A stretch of 64,000 bases of DNA. Origin: Elusimicrobiota bacterium (GTDB taxonomy: Bacteria; Elusimicrobiota; Elusimicrobia; JACQJP01). The stretch covers positions 2,098 to 66,097 of the forward strand of contig JACQJP010000055.1 of assembly GCA_016204975.1 (NCBI GenBank). Reading direction: 5' to 3'. Each line of letters opens with the position of its first letter. Position 1 is the stretch's first letter. The notes beneath the pieces are model-generated. The model made no database searches, had not been told where the DNA came from, and worked only from the letters and a program-made list of their open reading frames with translations. Below are positions 1-10,068 of this stretch, piece by piece. Both the position numbers and the translations under genes were made by a program.

Positions 1-1166
1 GGAGGCAGGGAGGCCAGGAGATTTCCGGCATAATCTTCCGCCATCCAGTGGTTGCGCCGAAGATTCTTTTCCCATCGCCCCCATAACGCATGGAGCCCCC
101 CAAAAATACATATTGCTACGAAAGCCCTGCGCCGGAAGCTGGGAACGAAGGCCTCTCCTTGCCGAAGCATCCGAATCCCAAAGGCCAAGGCCATCGCCAA
201 GAAAAAGTCCGGCAAGAGGTAGTGGGCCTCTAAGATCGCCACCGCATGGGGGTTGGGGGGGAGGTTGGCTAAAAGAATAAAGAGGGGGCCGCTGCATAAA
301 AATCCAACCCAAAGAAACCTTCTCCAGGGGCCGGCGGCTCCCAGACCCAGAAGGCTCAGGAGTCCCATGGCGCCCCAGGAGCCCCAAAGGTGCTCCAGAT
401 AAAGCCGCATCTGCGGCCAAAAGAGGCTACCCAAGGCATAGTTTTTGGAGAGAAGGTCTAGGGTTCCGCCGTGCGTTTGGCGGGTCAAAGTGGACCAAAA
501 ACGCTCCAGAGTGGCCGGATGGTTCCAGTCCAGCCAGGGAAACTGAGCGGAGCGCAAGGGCAGGTAGAGATAGACCGAAAATCCCAGGAGCCAGAAGAAT
601 AAGATGTGTCCCGCCAAGGGGAATGCGCGGGGCTTCCTTTTATAAAAAAGTACCAGCCACGCCGGAAGGACCAGCAACAGATCCATACGGACCCCCAGGC
701 CCAGGCCATATAGAAAACTCCCCAAAAAAAGATAACGGCCTTCTTCAGTGCGCTCCCAAAAAAACCAGCAGAGGAGGGCGGCGCTCAAGAAGAAAATACC
801 TAAACTGTACATTTCGGAAACGAGGGCCAGCTCCCAAAAAATGCTCGAAAAACCCAAGGCGCACAGAGCCAGGAGCATCGGCGCGGTTCCACAGAGGCGC
901 CGGAGGAAGGCCGCCAGACAAACCAAGCAGAGAGCCGCCGCCAGGGCGGAACCCAGGTTGAGCCGGTAAGCGAGGTTTCCGAAAGGCAATCCCCGGAAGA
1001 GCCGGGAAACAAGCAGATAGAGGGGATAGCCCGGAGGATGGAGGACCCCTAAGGTCTGGGCCCCCACTGCCATCTCCCCCGCATCCCGATAAGGGGCCAG
1101 GGCCGGATACAGGCAATAAAGGTAGAGGCCGAAAAATGCAAGAAAAATAAGGATCGGCAACCTCAT
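1..1166 (-). CDS. DUF2723 (TMEM260-like) GT-C glycosyltransferase, 3' end truncated by window edge
   Basis: Not in the ORF track; translated by hand from ATG at 1166: MRLPILIFLAFFGLYLYCLYPALAPYRDAGEMAVGAQTLGVLHPPGYPLYLL. It has the same D-x-GE and HPPGYPLY motifs as the two adjacent paralogs. Confidence 0.85.
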   Translation of the reverse strand, partial: MRLPILIFLAFFGLYLYCLYPALAPYRDAGEMAVGAQTLGVLHPPGYPLYLLVSRLFRGLPFGNLAYRLNLGSALAAALCLVCLAAFLRRLCGTAPMLLALCALGFSSIFWELALVSEMYSLGIFFLSAALLCWFFWERTEEGRYLFLGSFLYGLGLGVRMDLLLVLPAWLVLFYKRKPRAFPLAGHILFFWLLGFSVYLYLPLRSAQFPWLDWNHPATLERFWSTLTRQTHGGTLDLLSKNYALGSLFWPQMRLYLEHLWGSWGAMGLLSLLGLGAAGPWRRFLWVGFLCSGPLFILLANLPPNPHAVAILEAHYLLPDFFLAMALAFGIRMLRQGEAFVPSFRRRAFVAICIFGGLHALWGRWEKNLRRNHWMAEDYAGNLLASLP

Positions 1167-1194
1167 CGAGGTACCTCTTCCCGCACCCAGGGAG

Positions 1195-3159
1195 TCATCG
1201 AACCCGCATGGACCGGGCCTGCGGGAGAAATCTTCCGGCTCCCTCGTGGCTTGGGTCCAGAGCCAAGACTTTTTCAAAAGCCTTCACTACCTCCTCCCAC
1301 CTGCCCTGCCTCCAGTAAAGCACGCCCAGATTGTAGTGGGCGTCAATCGAGCGGGGCTCTCGCCGCAGGGCCTGGAGGTAGGCCCGCTCCGCCTCCGGGA
1401 AAAACCCCCGCTCAAAAAACTGGGCCCCGACCCAGGGCCACCAGGCATAGGAAGGCGCCTCCAGCGCCAACCAAGAAAAATGCCGATAGGCCGCCCCCCT
1501 CCTTCCCTGCTCCAAAAGGGCGCTCCCCAGGAGGCTGTCGGCGTTGGCCCTCAAAGACATCTCCCGGCGGCCTCCCGAGGCGGGGCCTCTCGAGGCGGGG
1601 CCTCTCGAGGCGGGGCCTCCCGAGGCAGTCCGCCGAAAGATGTAGAGTTGGGACCAATCCGTTTGGATCGCCTTGCCCCGCAGAGGCAGGCACTCCCAGA
1701 GGATCCCCTGGCGCCGCCTCGGGACCGCCACCATCTGAGGATCCACCGTGGCGTAATAGACGGGCCTGGGAAAACGGCGGGCCCACAGCCCTTCCAGCCT
1801 CTCCCGAATTCGCAATCGAGGAGGCCCCCAAATCCGGTAATACTCCTTTCCGTAAAGGCTGCGGGTGACGCCGGCGTTGCAATCCACAAAGACCACATCC
1901 AGCCTCCTGGCCTCCGCCTTCTGCAGATAGGCCAGGACGAACTCCGTCTCGTCGGCGCGGTCCGCAAACAGGGTGCTGCCCGCAGGCAAAGTCCGCAGGA
2001 CGTTTCGGCCGTAATCCCAAAGCCAGAAGCTTTGCCGTCCGGAATGCTCCCGGGCGGCCCCAATCGCGGAGCCTCCCAGAAACAAAACCAGCCCAACCCC
2101 GGCCAGGCGCCGCGCTGTGCGGGGCAGGGACCTGCCCGGAAAATCCCAGGAGAGGTTTCCGATCCCCACTGCGGAGAGCCAGAGGGGAGCCAGCAAGAAA
2201 CGCTCCATCATCTCATGGGTGGAGAGCCCGGAGCGCACCTTGGCCAGCACGAAAAAGAGAGGGCCGGCGCAGAGAAAGGCCGCAAGCCAGAGCCAGAAAT
2301 TAGAGGGGTTCCTTCTCCACATCTGAAAGGCTCCCAAAACGGCCAACCCGGCCCCAACGATCCCCAACTGGGACGCCCATAAAGTAAAAAAAGCCAGGAC
2401 CGATTCCCAGGCCCGAGCCAGCGTCCAGGGAGTCTCTGCGCCTCCCTGGGCCAGGGCCAGCGTGCCGTATCGCGAGCGGCTCACCACCCCCCAAAAGCGC
2501 TCCCAGGACTCCGGGTCCTCCCAATCCAGGAGGGGAGCCTGAAGGGAACGCAGGGGCAGATAGACATAGAGGGAAAGTCCCAGGGCGAGAAAAAACAGGG
2601 ACTCCAACGCTCGCCTCTTGGAATCCGCCCGGAAGATCCCCGCGCCAAAAAAAATCGCCGGCGCCAGCAGCAAAAGGGTGTGCTGGTTGCCCAGCCCCAA
2701 GCCCCAAAGAAGAAAACAAAGCCTAAACCGTCCGCCACAGAGGCTCCACCACACGCCCCCCAGGCAAGCCAGGTTTAGGGCGAATACCTCGGAGGATAGG
2801 GAGGACTTCAAAAAAGCGGGGGCTTGGAGCAAGACCAGCGAGGCCAACAAAAAAGGACCCGCACTGGATGAAGAAGCGCGACCGGCGCCGGAGCGCGCCA
2901 ACAAAAGCAGGGAAAAGGCCGCTGCCATAGCAGAGAAAAGATTCATCCGGTAGGCGGGGTTTCCCAGGGGGAGAAGCGAGGAAAAAAGCCTGCCCCCCAA
3001 GACATAGAGAGGATATCCCGGAGGATGGGCGATCCCCAAGGTGCCGGCAGCCGCCGCCAGCTCCGCCGAATCCCCGAAGGAAACGCTGGGAGGCAGATGG
3101 ATGAGCAACCAGAGGAGGCTGACGATAAAGAGAATCGTCCCCATTCGGGCAGTGGTCAT
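1195..3159 (-). CDS. DUF2723 (TMEM260-like) glycosyltransferase with C-terminal TPR
   Basis: GDSAEL...HPPGYPLY, GLGNQHT, multiple TM segments; C-terminal AHYNLGVLY TPR repeats. Confidence 0.88.
   Translation of the reverse strand: MTTARMGTILFIVSLLWLLIHLPPSVSFGDSAELAAAAGTLGIAHPPGYPLYVLGGRLFSSLLPLGNPAYRMNLFSAMAAAFSLLLLARSGAGRASSSSAGPFLLASLVLLQAPAFLKSSLSSEVFALNLACLGGVWWSLCGGRFRLCFLLWGLGLGNQHTLLLLAPAIFFGAGIFRADSKRRALESLFFLALGLSLYVYLPLRSLQAPLLDWEDPESWERFWGVVSRSRYGTLALAQGGAETPWTLARAWESVLAFFTLWASQLGIVGAGLAVLGAFQMWRRNPSNFWLWLAAFLCAGPLFFVLAKVRSGLSTHEMMERFLLAPLWLSAVGIGNLSWDFPGRSLPRTARRLAGVGLVLFLGGSAIGAAREHSGRQSFWLWDYGRNVLRTLPAGSTLFADRADETEFVLAYLQKAEARRLDVVFVDCNAGVTRSLYGKEYYRIWGPPRLRIRERLEGLWARRFPRPVYYATVDPQMVAVPRRRQGILWECLPLRGKAIQTDWSQLYIFRRTASGGPASRGPASRGPASGGRREMSLRANADSLLGSALLEQGRRGAAYRHFSWLALEAPSYAWWPWVGAQFFERGFFPEAERAYLQALRREPRSIDAHYNLGVLYWRQGRWEEVVKAFEKVLALDPSHEGAGRFLPQARSMRVR
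1570..1626. repeat. In-frame 15-bp tandem repeat (about 3.8 copies of GCCTCYCGAGGCGGG)
   Basis: Units start at 1570, 1585, 1600 and 1615; encodes GPASR/GPASG repeats on the minus strand. Confidence 0.9.
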
Positions 3160-5192
3160 CGGTTCTTTCGACCTTCCAGCTCCCGCGCCCTAGCCAAATA
3201 TCCGGCGGCCTGGCCATGGGAAGGATCCAGACGCAGAACCTCTTCGAAGGCCTGGACCACCCCGTCCCATCTTTTTTGACGCCAATACAGGACCCCCAGG
3301 TTATAGTGGGCCTGGACGGAGCGGGGGTCCAGCTCCAAGGCCCTGCGATATGCCTTCTCGGCCTCTGGAAATTTCTCCCGCTTCTCGAGGCTAACCCCTA
3401 AATTGAGAGGAAACTCCGGGTCCTCCGGAAATTCCCACATCCCTTCCCGGTAGAAAGCCTCCGCCCGGAGCCATTGGCGGCTCTCGGCGAAACGGTATCC
3501 CTGCCGGATCCACTCCCACCTCAGGTTGGGCTCCAACCATTCCACATCCCCGCCCGCTCGATGGGCCCACCGTCCCCACAACAGGGCCGGCTGCAAATTG
3601 TTCCGACCGATCTCCCACTGCGCCCGGGCATAAGGAAAGAAGGCCGCCAGGGCCCTCTCCCGATAACGCGGGAAACGGAGGCTCTCCCTATTTCTCAAGA
3701 CGGACAGGGGCCAGAGATTCTCCGCTTCCTTTTCCGAGAGGACCTTTTGAACCAAGCCTATCCATCCCAGCCTCAGCCCGGGCACCAGATCGGAACGCAT
3801 GGTGGAGTAATAAACCGGGCGGAACCCCACCAAGGACCTTTCCACGCGGACCCGCCGCCTTTCCTTTTCCTCGCGGCTCAACTGTCGAAAATCCGGACCG
3901 TAAAGGCCGGGAAACACCAGGCCTCCCCGGTCCGCCAGGGTCACCTCCGGAAGCTCCCCGCGGACGTAGCGGAGGTATGCGGAGGTGTAAAAGGTATCAT
4001 CCCCTCCCTCCATGAGAAAAAGAGCCCGCTGCGGCAAACTGCGCAGGAGATTGCGTCCGTAATCCAGGGCCAGCCACTGAGACCTCAGGCTTCTTGAGGG
4101 AAGCCGCCAAAAAGCGAAAAGTAGGGGGAACGCAGCCGCCAAAACCTTCCAGCCCCTGCTCAGGCGCGGCGAGGCATCGGCGATAAATTCAAAAAAGGCC
4201 ATCCAGGCAAAACCCATGGCCACCGCCGGCAGGGCATAAAACCGCCCCAGGGCTCCTTCCACTTGGGCCGAGGCGGGAGGGTTGCCCAACCATAAGAAAA
4301 AAGGTCCGGAAAAAAATAACCAAAGGAGCGCGACCCCCAGCCCCTCCCGCTCTCTTCTGCGATAAAACCACAGAAGAAAACCGATGCCCCCAAAAAAAAG
4401 GCCCCAGGGGGAGCTGCTCTTCCGGAAAGCCTCCAGAAATCTTTTGGACTGGACGGCCCAGGAGCTCCAACCTCGGGCCTGAGTTTCTTCCACCGTCAGG
4501 GAAAAGGTTCCATAGTCCTTGCGACTGAGCACCCGCCAGAAGCGTTCTGTGCTGGTGGGGTTTCCCCAATTGAGCGGCGGCTGCTGGGCGGCCCGGAAGG
4601 GCAGGATCGCATAGATGGAAAAACCCAGCAGGAAAAAAAATACGGCCACGCCCCATCGGCGAAGCGCCCCCCATCCCGCGCCTTCCCGCAGAACCGCCCA
4701 CAGAAGCGCCGGCCCGATCAAAACCAGGGTGTGGTGATTTCCCAAGCCGAGTCCAAAAAGAAGGCCGATCCAGGAAAGGCTGCGCCGGCGCCGCCAGCCC
4801 CACCCGATACCTATGGCACACAAAAGATTCAAGGAAAAAACCTCCGTCTGAAGCGCGGTATCCAGAAAGTCCAGATTGCAGGCCAATAGGGCCGTCCCCC
4901 AAAGGGAGGCCCCCGGGGAAAACCCCAAGAGCCGGCCCCACCGGTAGAACAAGGAGAGCCCCAGGGAGGCGCAGAATCCGGAAAAGAGGTTCATCCTGTA
5001 TCCCCAGTCTCCCAGCCTCAGAAGCTCGCCGAAGGCTCGGGCCAAAAGAACGTACAGAGGATAGCCGGGGGCATGGGGGAGACTCCAGGTGGCCGCGGCG
5101 GTCATAAACTCCCCGGAGTCGCCGACCGTCACCCCGGGCGCCGACAGGGAGAGATAAGCCCCAAAAGAGGCTAGAAAAACAAAAAAGCCCAT
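3156..5192 (-). CDS. DUF2723 (TMEM260-like) glycosyltransferase with C-terminal TPR
   Basis: GDSGEF...HAPGYPLY, GLGNHHT, TPR tail. Start placed at ATG 5192, which overlaps the upstream TGA (TGATG). Confidence 0.88.
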   Translation of the reverse strand: MGFFVFLASFGAYLSLSAPGVTVGDSGEFMTAAATWSLPHAPGYPLYVLLARAFGELLRLGDWGYRMNLFSGFCASLGLSLFYRWGRLLGFSPGASLWGTALLACNLDFLDTALQTEVFSLNLLCAIGIGWGWRRRRSLSWIGLLFGLGLGNHHTLVLIGPALLWAVLREGAGWGALRRWGVAVFFFLLGFSIYAILPFRAAQQPPLNWGNPTSTERFWRVLSRKDYGTFSLTVEETQARGWSSWAVQSKRFLEAFRKSSSPWGLFFGGIGFLLWFYRRREREGLGVALLWLFFSGPFFLWLGNPPASAQVEGALGRFYALPAVAMGFAWMAFFEFIADASPRLSRGWKVLAAAFPLLFAFWRLPSRSLRSQWLALDYGRNLLRSLPQRALFLMEGGDDTFYTSAYLRYVRGELPEVTLADRGGLVFPGLYGPDFRQLSREEKERRRVRVERSLVGFRPVYYSTMRSDLVPGLRLGWIGLVQKVLSEKEAENLWPLSVLRNRESLRFPRYRERALAAFFPYARAQWEIGRNNLQPALLWGRWAHRAGGDVEWLEPNLRWEWIRQGYRFAESRQWLRAEAFYREGMWEFPEDPEFPLNLGVSLEKREKFPEAEKAYRRALELDPRSVQAHYNLGVLYWRQKRWDGVVQAFEEVLRLDPSHGQAAGYLARARELEGRKNR

Positions 5193-7282
5193 CAGGGCTG
5201 TCCCCGCCTCCTTCTTAAAAACCACTCCGTCCCTAAAATCCCCATCAGCCCCAGCACCCAAGCCGGAAAGGAGGCCGGCTCCACCTTGCGCCGAACTTCC
5301 TCACGCAGGGCCGTGGGGGGAAGGCCCTCCAACCAACTTCCCAGATCCAGCTCCTCCAAACGAGCGAACCCCCCTCCGGATAGAGAGGCCCACTCCTCCA
5401 GCCTCTCCCGCAGCATCGGCCCCGCCTCCTCCCCGGAAGGAGAGGTCTCCAGCTCCAGATGGTCCTCCCCCCATAAAACTCCCGCACGCCGCGCCACGGC
5501 CCGGATTCGATAGGTCCCTCCCCGCCCGATCCACTCCGTTGCGGCGTAGATTCCCTCGCCCACCTTTTCGACGGGAAGAGACTGGGTTTCTCCCCGAGGG
5601 TCCCGCAAGCCCATCTCCACCGCCAGGGAGGCATCCTCCAAGGGCCGGAGGGCTTCATCCCGTACCTGCACCCGGAAGGTAACCTTCTGGGAGGGGCTCT
5701 CCGGCGAAAAAGGCTCCTGCAAATCCAGGACCACCCGCGGCTCGCCCTCCGCACCGGTGACCCAGCGGATCCCCTGATTCCAAAAACGGTTGTAGGCCCA
5801 ATAAAACTCTCCCTGATCCACGGCGCCGGCCTTCCATAACCAGGTGGAGTGGGTCCCGATGGCCAGCACCCGCCCCTTCCCTTTTTTCCAAGCCGCCAGG
5901 ATGGGGCTGCCCTGGGCGCTCGCCAAAACGAGGGCCCCTGGCTTGGGCCCACCCCAGCGGTTTCTCCCTTCCGTGGGCGGCAAAAGCCCCCAGTGGGAAA
6001 ACGGAGTCCCTCCCTCCCCGATCCGCAGCACCGGGTGATTCGGCTCCTGAACCTGCCATTGGAAGCTCCCCGGTTCGTAATCCCCGGAGTTCAGCTCAAC
6101 AGGCAAAACGGCCTCCAAGGGAGTGCCCTGATAGCCGCCGGCTCCGAAGGAGTGAGGACCTCCCAAGACGATCCAGCCGCCCCCCTCCAAAACGAACCGA
6201 ACCACCTGAGCGAGATACGCATCCGGGAGCTGAAACCGCACATGGGAAAAATTCTCCAGGATAAACAGATCAAATTGGAATAAATCCTGGTGAAAGATCT
6301 GATGAGCGGGAAAGGGAATGAGGGAGAGATCTCTTTCCGGAACGGGCGGGATATCCTGGGGATCCCTCAAGATCACAAAAGAAACCAGCTCCACCTTGGG
6401 ATCGGATTTCAAAAGCCGCCTCAAGGAAGCATACTCCGGGCTGGGGCTGCCGCAAAGGTAGAGGACCCGCAGGGTTTGGCGCGCCACCTCCACGGAGATC
6501 TCCCGACGATTGTTGTGCGGATTCGTTTCCCCGGCCAGCGGGGGGACCTCCACCCCGTAACGCAGGGTTCCCAACTGCTGAGGAACTTCCTCAAAGACGA
6601 GCTCCATGCTTTCTGAGCGCCCTGTCCAGCGGACCTGCTGGGTTTGCAAGAGCCGCCCTTTTTCCCCATACAGCTTGAGAGGGAACGATTGAGGCGAGAG
6701 GCCAAAAACCTCCAGGCGAACCCGGAGCCGGAAGGGCTGTCTCAGATAGGCGAAGCGGGGAGCCCAGATCTGGGAGACCCTCAAGTCCCTGGGCACCTTT
6801 TCCCAAGAGATACCGACGGAGGAGAGGGGAACCCCCCAAGAACCGAGGAGCTTGCGGGGATCCTCCGGACCATTGTCCCTGCCGTCCGAAAAGAGCCAGA
6901 CCGCAGACCGTGAAAGATCCTGGGTGGAAAGCTCACTCAGCGCCTCTCCCAGGTGGGTCGCACCTCCCTCCGGAAAAGAGGAGGAGGAACCCAGGTCCTC
7001 CCACCGGATCTTGCGCAGGCGGTCTGAAAAAACATAGAGGCTGACCTCGGCCCGGCGCGCAAGCTCCCTTTCGTGCCGCCGCAGCCAATCCAGGCTTCGG
7101 CGCAGGGCGGACCCCGAATCCTGCCGGGACCCCATGCTGCCCGAGACGTCCAACAAGAGCTTCAGGCGAGGCAGAGCATGCACCTTCTCCTCAAGGACCC
7201 AAACCGGGTTCCAAAGCAAAACCAGAAAAAATACCCACCCCAAGGCCCGCAGCCAGATTCGGACGGAGATCTTGCGCCTCAC
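5192..7282 (-). CDS. vWA-like / glutamine-amidotransferase-like membrane protein of MoxR-Bat type clusters
   Basis: LLLDVSGSM MIDAS-like motif, FSDGRDN, GGGWIVLGGPHSFGAGGY, C-terminal TM plus EWFLRRRRG. Confidence 0.7.
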   Translation of the reverse strand: MRRKISVRIWLRALGWVFFLVLLWNPVWVLEEKVHALPRLKLLLDVSGSMGSRQDSGSALRRSLDWLRRHERELARRAEVSLYVFSDRLRKIRWEDLGSSSSFPEGGATHLGEALSELSTQDLSRSAVWLFSDGRDNGPEDPRKLLGSWGVPLSSVGISWEKVPRDLRVSQIWAPRFAYLRQPFRLRVRLEVFGLSPQSFPLKLYGEKGRLLQTQQVRWTGRSESMELVFEEVPQQLGTLRYGVEVPPLAGETNPHNNRREISVEVARQTLRVLYLCGSPSPEYASLRRLLKSDPKVELVSFVILRDPQDIPPVPERDLSLIPFPAHQIFHQDLFQFDLFILENFSHVRFQLPDAYLAQVVRFVLEGGGWIVLGGPHSFGAGGYQGTPLEAVLPVELNSGDYEPGSFQWQVQEPNHPVLRIGEGGTPFSHWGLLPPTEGRNRWGGPKPGALVLASAQGSPILAAWKKGKGRVLAIGTHSTWLWKAGAVDQGEFYWAYNRFWNQGIRWVTGAEGEPRVVLDLQEPFSPESPSQKVTFRVQVRDEALRPLEDASLAVEMGLRDPRGETQSLPVEKVGEGIYAATEWIGRGGTYRIRAVARRAGVLWGEDHLELETSPSGEEAGPMLRERLEEWASLSGGGFARLEELDLGSWLEGLPPTALREEVRRKVEPASFPAWVLGLMGILGTEWFLRRRRGQP

Positions 7283-10068
7283 CTCTGGAGCTTCCTCTCA
7301 ATAAAGGGTTGATGTACCGGGTCCAGTTTGTAGGTGCCGGTCAAGGCATAGAGAATCAGGTTGGCGGTCAACTTCATCGCCTCCAACCTCTGCGGCTCCG
7401 CGCCCGGCACACAGGGGTAGAGAAAATTGCCCAAGGGATCCTTCTTCCAGGCGCCCAGGATGTCGTTGCGCGAATAGAGGACGCAGGTTCTTCCCTCCCA
7501 AGAAATTCCCTCCAGATAGGGCGCGACCATCCGGCGGCCGCCGAGGCTGCGCAAAAGATAAAAGGAACGGTAGACGGGATGGTCCGACGGCAAGATGCGC
7601 AGCCCCTCCTCCGGAAAGACCTTCTTCAACTCCCGGCGGACGATCTCATCAAAACTGCTGACCGCCTGTCCTGAGACATCCTCGATCCATAAGGTCCCCC
7701 CGGCAATCAAGAAATTCCGAAGCCGCAGGGCCTGCTCATTGGAAAAAGGGGGGGAGGCGGAGTGTCCCGCCCAAACCAGAAAGTGGGCACGCTGCAAATC
7801 CTGCGCGGAGTCCAAGCCGGCGATTCGCCTTTCCGGCTCCGGATCGACGCTGGTGGTGGACTCCAAAAAAGCCAGAATATCGCGGTGAACCTCCGGGTAG
7901 GGATCCCAAGACTCCCCCTGCCGCAGCTGTGTCCAGATCAACTCCTCGGCCCTGAGCCCCTGGGAAGCCGATGCTCCCAAAACGATCGCCATCCCCAATG
8001 CCCCGGTTCCCCACAACCTCCGTTTGCGAAACCCCGCCAAGATTACCAGCAGCGTCTCCACCCCGAACAGCCCAACCACCGCAAATGCGAGAGGGCGCCG
8101 AACGGGGCGCCCAGAAAGCCTCCCTTGCCACTCCTGGGCAAATCGGGCGAAGTGGAGCCTCTCCCACGGCACGGACTGCGAGGGCGTCAGATCGCTCTCC
8201 CTGGACGGGTCCAGATTGACCGCCAGAATTTCCTGCTTCCAACCCCGGGGGGTGCGATAGGATATCTCATAGAGCCCGGGGTGGGAGAACGGCCCGACCC
8301 GCAGGCGGCCATCGGAGTCCACCGCCAGACTTTCCGCGGGGCCGCTCGGAGGCTGGACGCGGACCCTGGAAACGACCGGCTCCCGAAAGCCGCGCACCCA
8401 GGACTGCCCCACGAAAATTTCTTTCCGCCACTCCTCCTGAAGGGGGACCAGCCTTTGAAGTCCTTCCCGCACCCAAGGCAGATACATCGGCCGCAGGGGC
8501 CAGTTGGTCCAATCCCGGTCCAGGGAGCTGGTCCAAAGCAAGACCATGCCCCTCCCGAAATCCCTCTCCAGCCAGACCGGCATTCCTCCCTGCAGGCGCA
8601 TCAAAACTCGGGCTTGGTCCCTGAGAGCCGTGCGATAGATTTGAAAGACCCGGGATCCCTGCCACTCAAAATCCTTCCAGAAAGCGGGTTGCAACTCCTC
8701 CCCGGGCTCCGGAAGGCCCAGGGGGTGCAGCGGAAAACCCGGCAAAATCTCTGAAAGGGGAGCGTATCCCTCCGGCACAACCCGATCCCCCAAGGTCACC
8801 CACAGACCGCCCCCCCCTCGGACAAATTGAACCAAACGCGAAGCCCAGGCAGGATCCACCCTCTCCAGGTTGGCCAACAGCACGACATCGTATCCCGCCA
8901 GATCCGCCCCAGCGGCCTCCTCCGGCGGGAGGACCTCCAGACGATGGGAGCTCAAGGGACCTTGGGAAGCAACGGCACTTCTAAAAAAATAGGTTTCACT
9001 GAGTCTCTCCGAGAATTTCCTGTCTCCATCCACGCACAAAATCTTCAGGGAGCTCTCCAAGGGAACGGCGAAGTAATACACATCATCCATGGAAAGTTCG
9101 TCCTTCTGCAGGCGCAGAGCCCCATGGACGAAACTTCCGGTGCCCGCCTCGACCCTCCAGAGGACCGTCTGCGCCCTGCCGGGCCGCAGGGAAACCCCTT
9201 GCTGGGCGCGCGGGTTTCCAAACAGCCAAAGCTGACTCGGCCAAGCGGGGCGCCCGGAGGTCCCCCACAACATAGCCTGCATCCGCAACTCCGCGGCCGC
9301 GCCCTTGCGGGGAGGGATTTGCCAAACCACATTCTGGATGTAGGCATTTTGCGCGATCGGCGGCCAAAGAACCCCGAGATGCCCGATGGAGGAGTCATAG
9401 CCCGGAACCCCTTCCAACCAGCTCCTGCTTAGCTTCCTCTCCACTGGAGATTCTCCGAAACCATGCGCGGCATGATCCGAAAACAGCAAGATGGCTCTGC
9501 GGCGGCCCGAGGCAGGCCCCAGTTGGCGGTAGGCCTCCTCCAGGGCAAGCCGGAAATCCGTTTGCCGGTAGCTTGCGGCGTGCGAGCGGATGAGGCGCAG
9601 GATCTGCGTAAAATCCCGACCGACTCCACGGGAACCGGCCTCGACGCGGTCGGAAAAAAAAATCACCCCGGCGCGGTCCTGAGGACCCAAATCCGCCAAG
9701 ACCCCCTGGGCCAGCTTCTGGGCCCAGCTCCATAAGGACTCTCCCTGCCAACGCGCAGACATCGAGTAGGAGAGATCCATTGCAAGCAGCACATCCCAGC
9801 CCTCTTCCCCCTGAGCGCCCACGGAACTCCGAAGCCTCGGTCCGGCCAGGTAAAAAATCAAAAACAATAAAAGCCCCGCCCTCAAAATTCTCAGCACCCT
9901 CTCCAAAAGGCGATGCTGGGCCAAGCCCTTCTCCAAGGTTTTCTGAAGAAAATGCACATCCGAAAAAATTCTGCGGGTCAGATTGCGTCGAAGCCACCAC
10001 TCAATCCCCCAGGGCAAAAATACCAAGGGCACCAAAAAAAACCAACCTGGAGAAAAAAAGGTAAGCAT
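7279..10068 (-). CDS. BatA-like N-terminus + vWA + C-terminal DUF4159-like fusion protein
   Basis: N-terminal MLTFFSPGW TM pair, DLSYSM MIDAS, LLFSD, NWPLRPMY; C-terminal LRNFLIAGGTLWIED...DHPVYRSFY...NLILYALTGTYKLD. Confidence 0.75.
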   Translation of the reverse strand: MLTFFSPGWFFLVPLVFLPWGIEWWLRRNLTRRIFSDVHFLQKTLEKGLAQHRLLERVLRILRAGLLLFLIFYLAGPRLRSSVGAQGEEGWDVLLAMDLSYSMSARWQGESLWSWAQKLAQGVLADLGPQDRAGVIFFSDRVEAGSRGVGRDFTQILRLIRSHAASYRQTDFRLALEEAYRQLGPASGRRRAILLFSDHAAHGFGESPVERKLSRSWLEGVPGYDSSIGHLGVLWPPIAQNAYIQNVVWQIPPRKGAAAELRMQAMLWGTSGRPAWPSQLWLFGNPRAQQGVSLRPGRAQTVLWRVEAGTGSFVHGALRLQKDELSMDDVYYFAVPLESSLKILCVDGDRKFSERLSETYFFRSAVASQGPLSSHRLEVLPPEEAAGADLAGYDVVLLANLERVDPAWASRLVQFVRGGGGLWVTLGDRVVPEGYAPLSEILPGFPLHPLGLPEPGEELQPAFWKDFEWQGSRVFQIYRTALRDQARVLMRLQGGMPVWLERDFGRGMVLLWTSSLDRDWTNWPLRPMYLPWVREGLQRLVPLQEEWRKEIFVGQSWVRGFREPVVSRVRVQPPSGPAESLAVDSDGRLRVGPFSHPGLYEISYRTPRGWKQEILAVNLDPSRESDLTPSQSVPWERLHFARFAQEWQGRLSGRPVRRPLAFAVVGLFGVETLLVILAGFRKRRLWGTGALGMAIVLGASASQGLRAEELIWTQLRQGESWDPYPEVHRDILAFLESTTSVDPEPERRIAGLDSAQDLQRAHFLVWAGHSASPPFSNEQALRLRNFLIAGGTLWIEDVSGQAVSSFDEIVRRELKKVFPEEGLRILPSDHPVYRSFYLLRSLGGRRMVAPYLEGISWEGRTCVLYSRNDILGAWKKDPLGNFLYPCVPGAEPQRLEAMKLTANLILYALTGTYKLDPVHQPFIERKLQR

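Noticed and set aside
1570..1626. Possible CRISPR array
   Set aside because: Contiguous 15-bp units without spacers, inside a CDS; no cas genes in the window.
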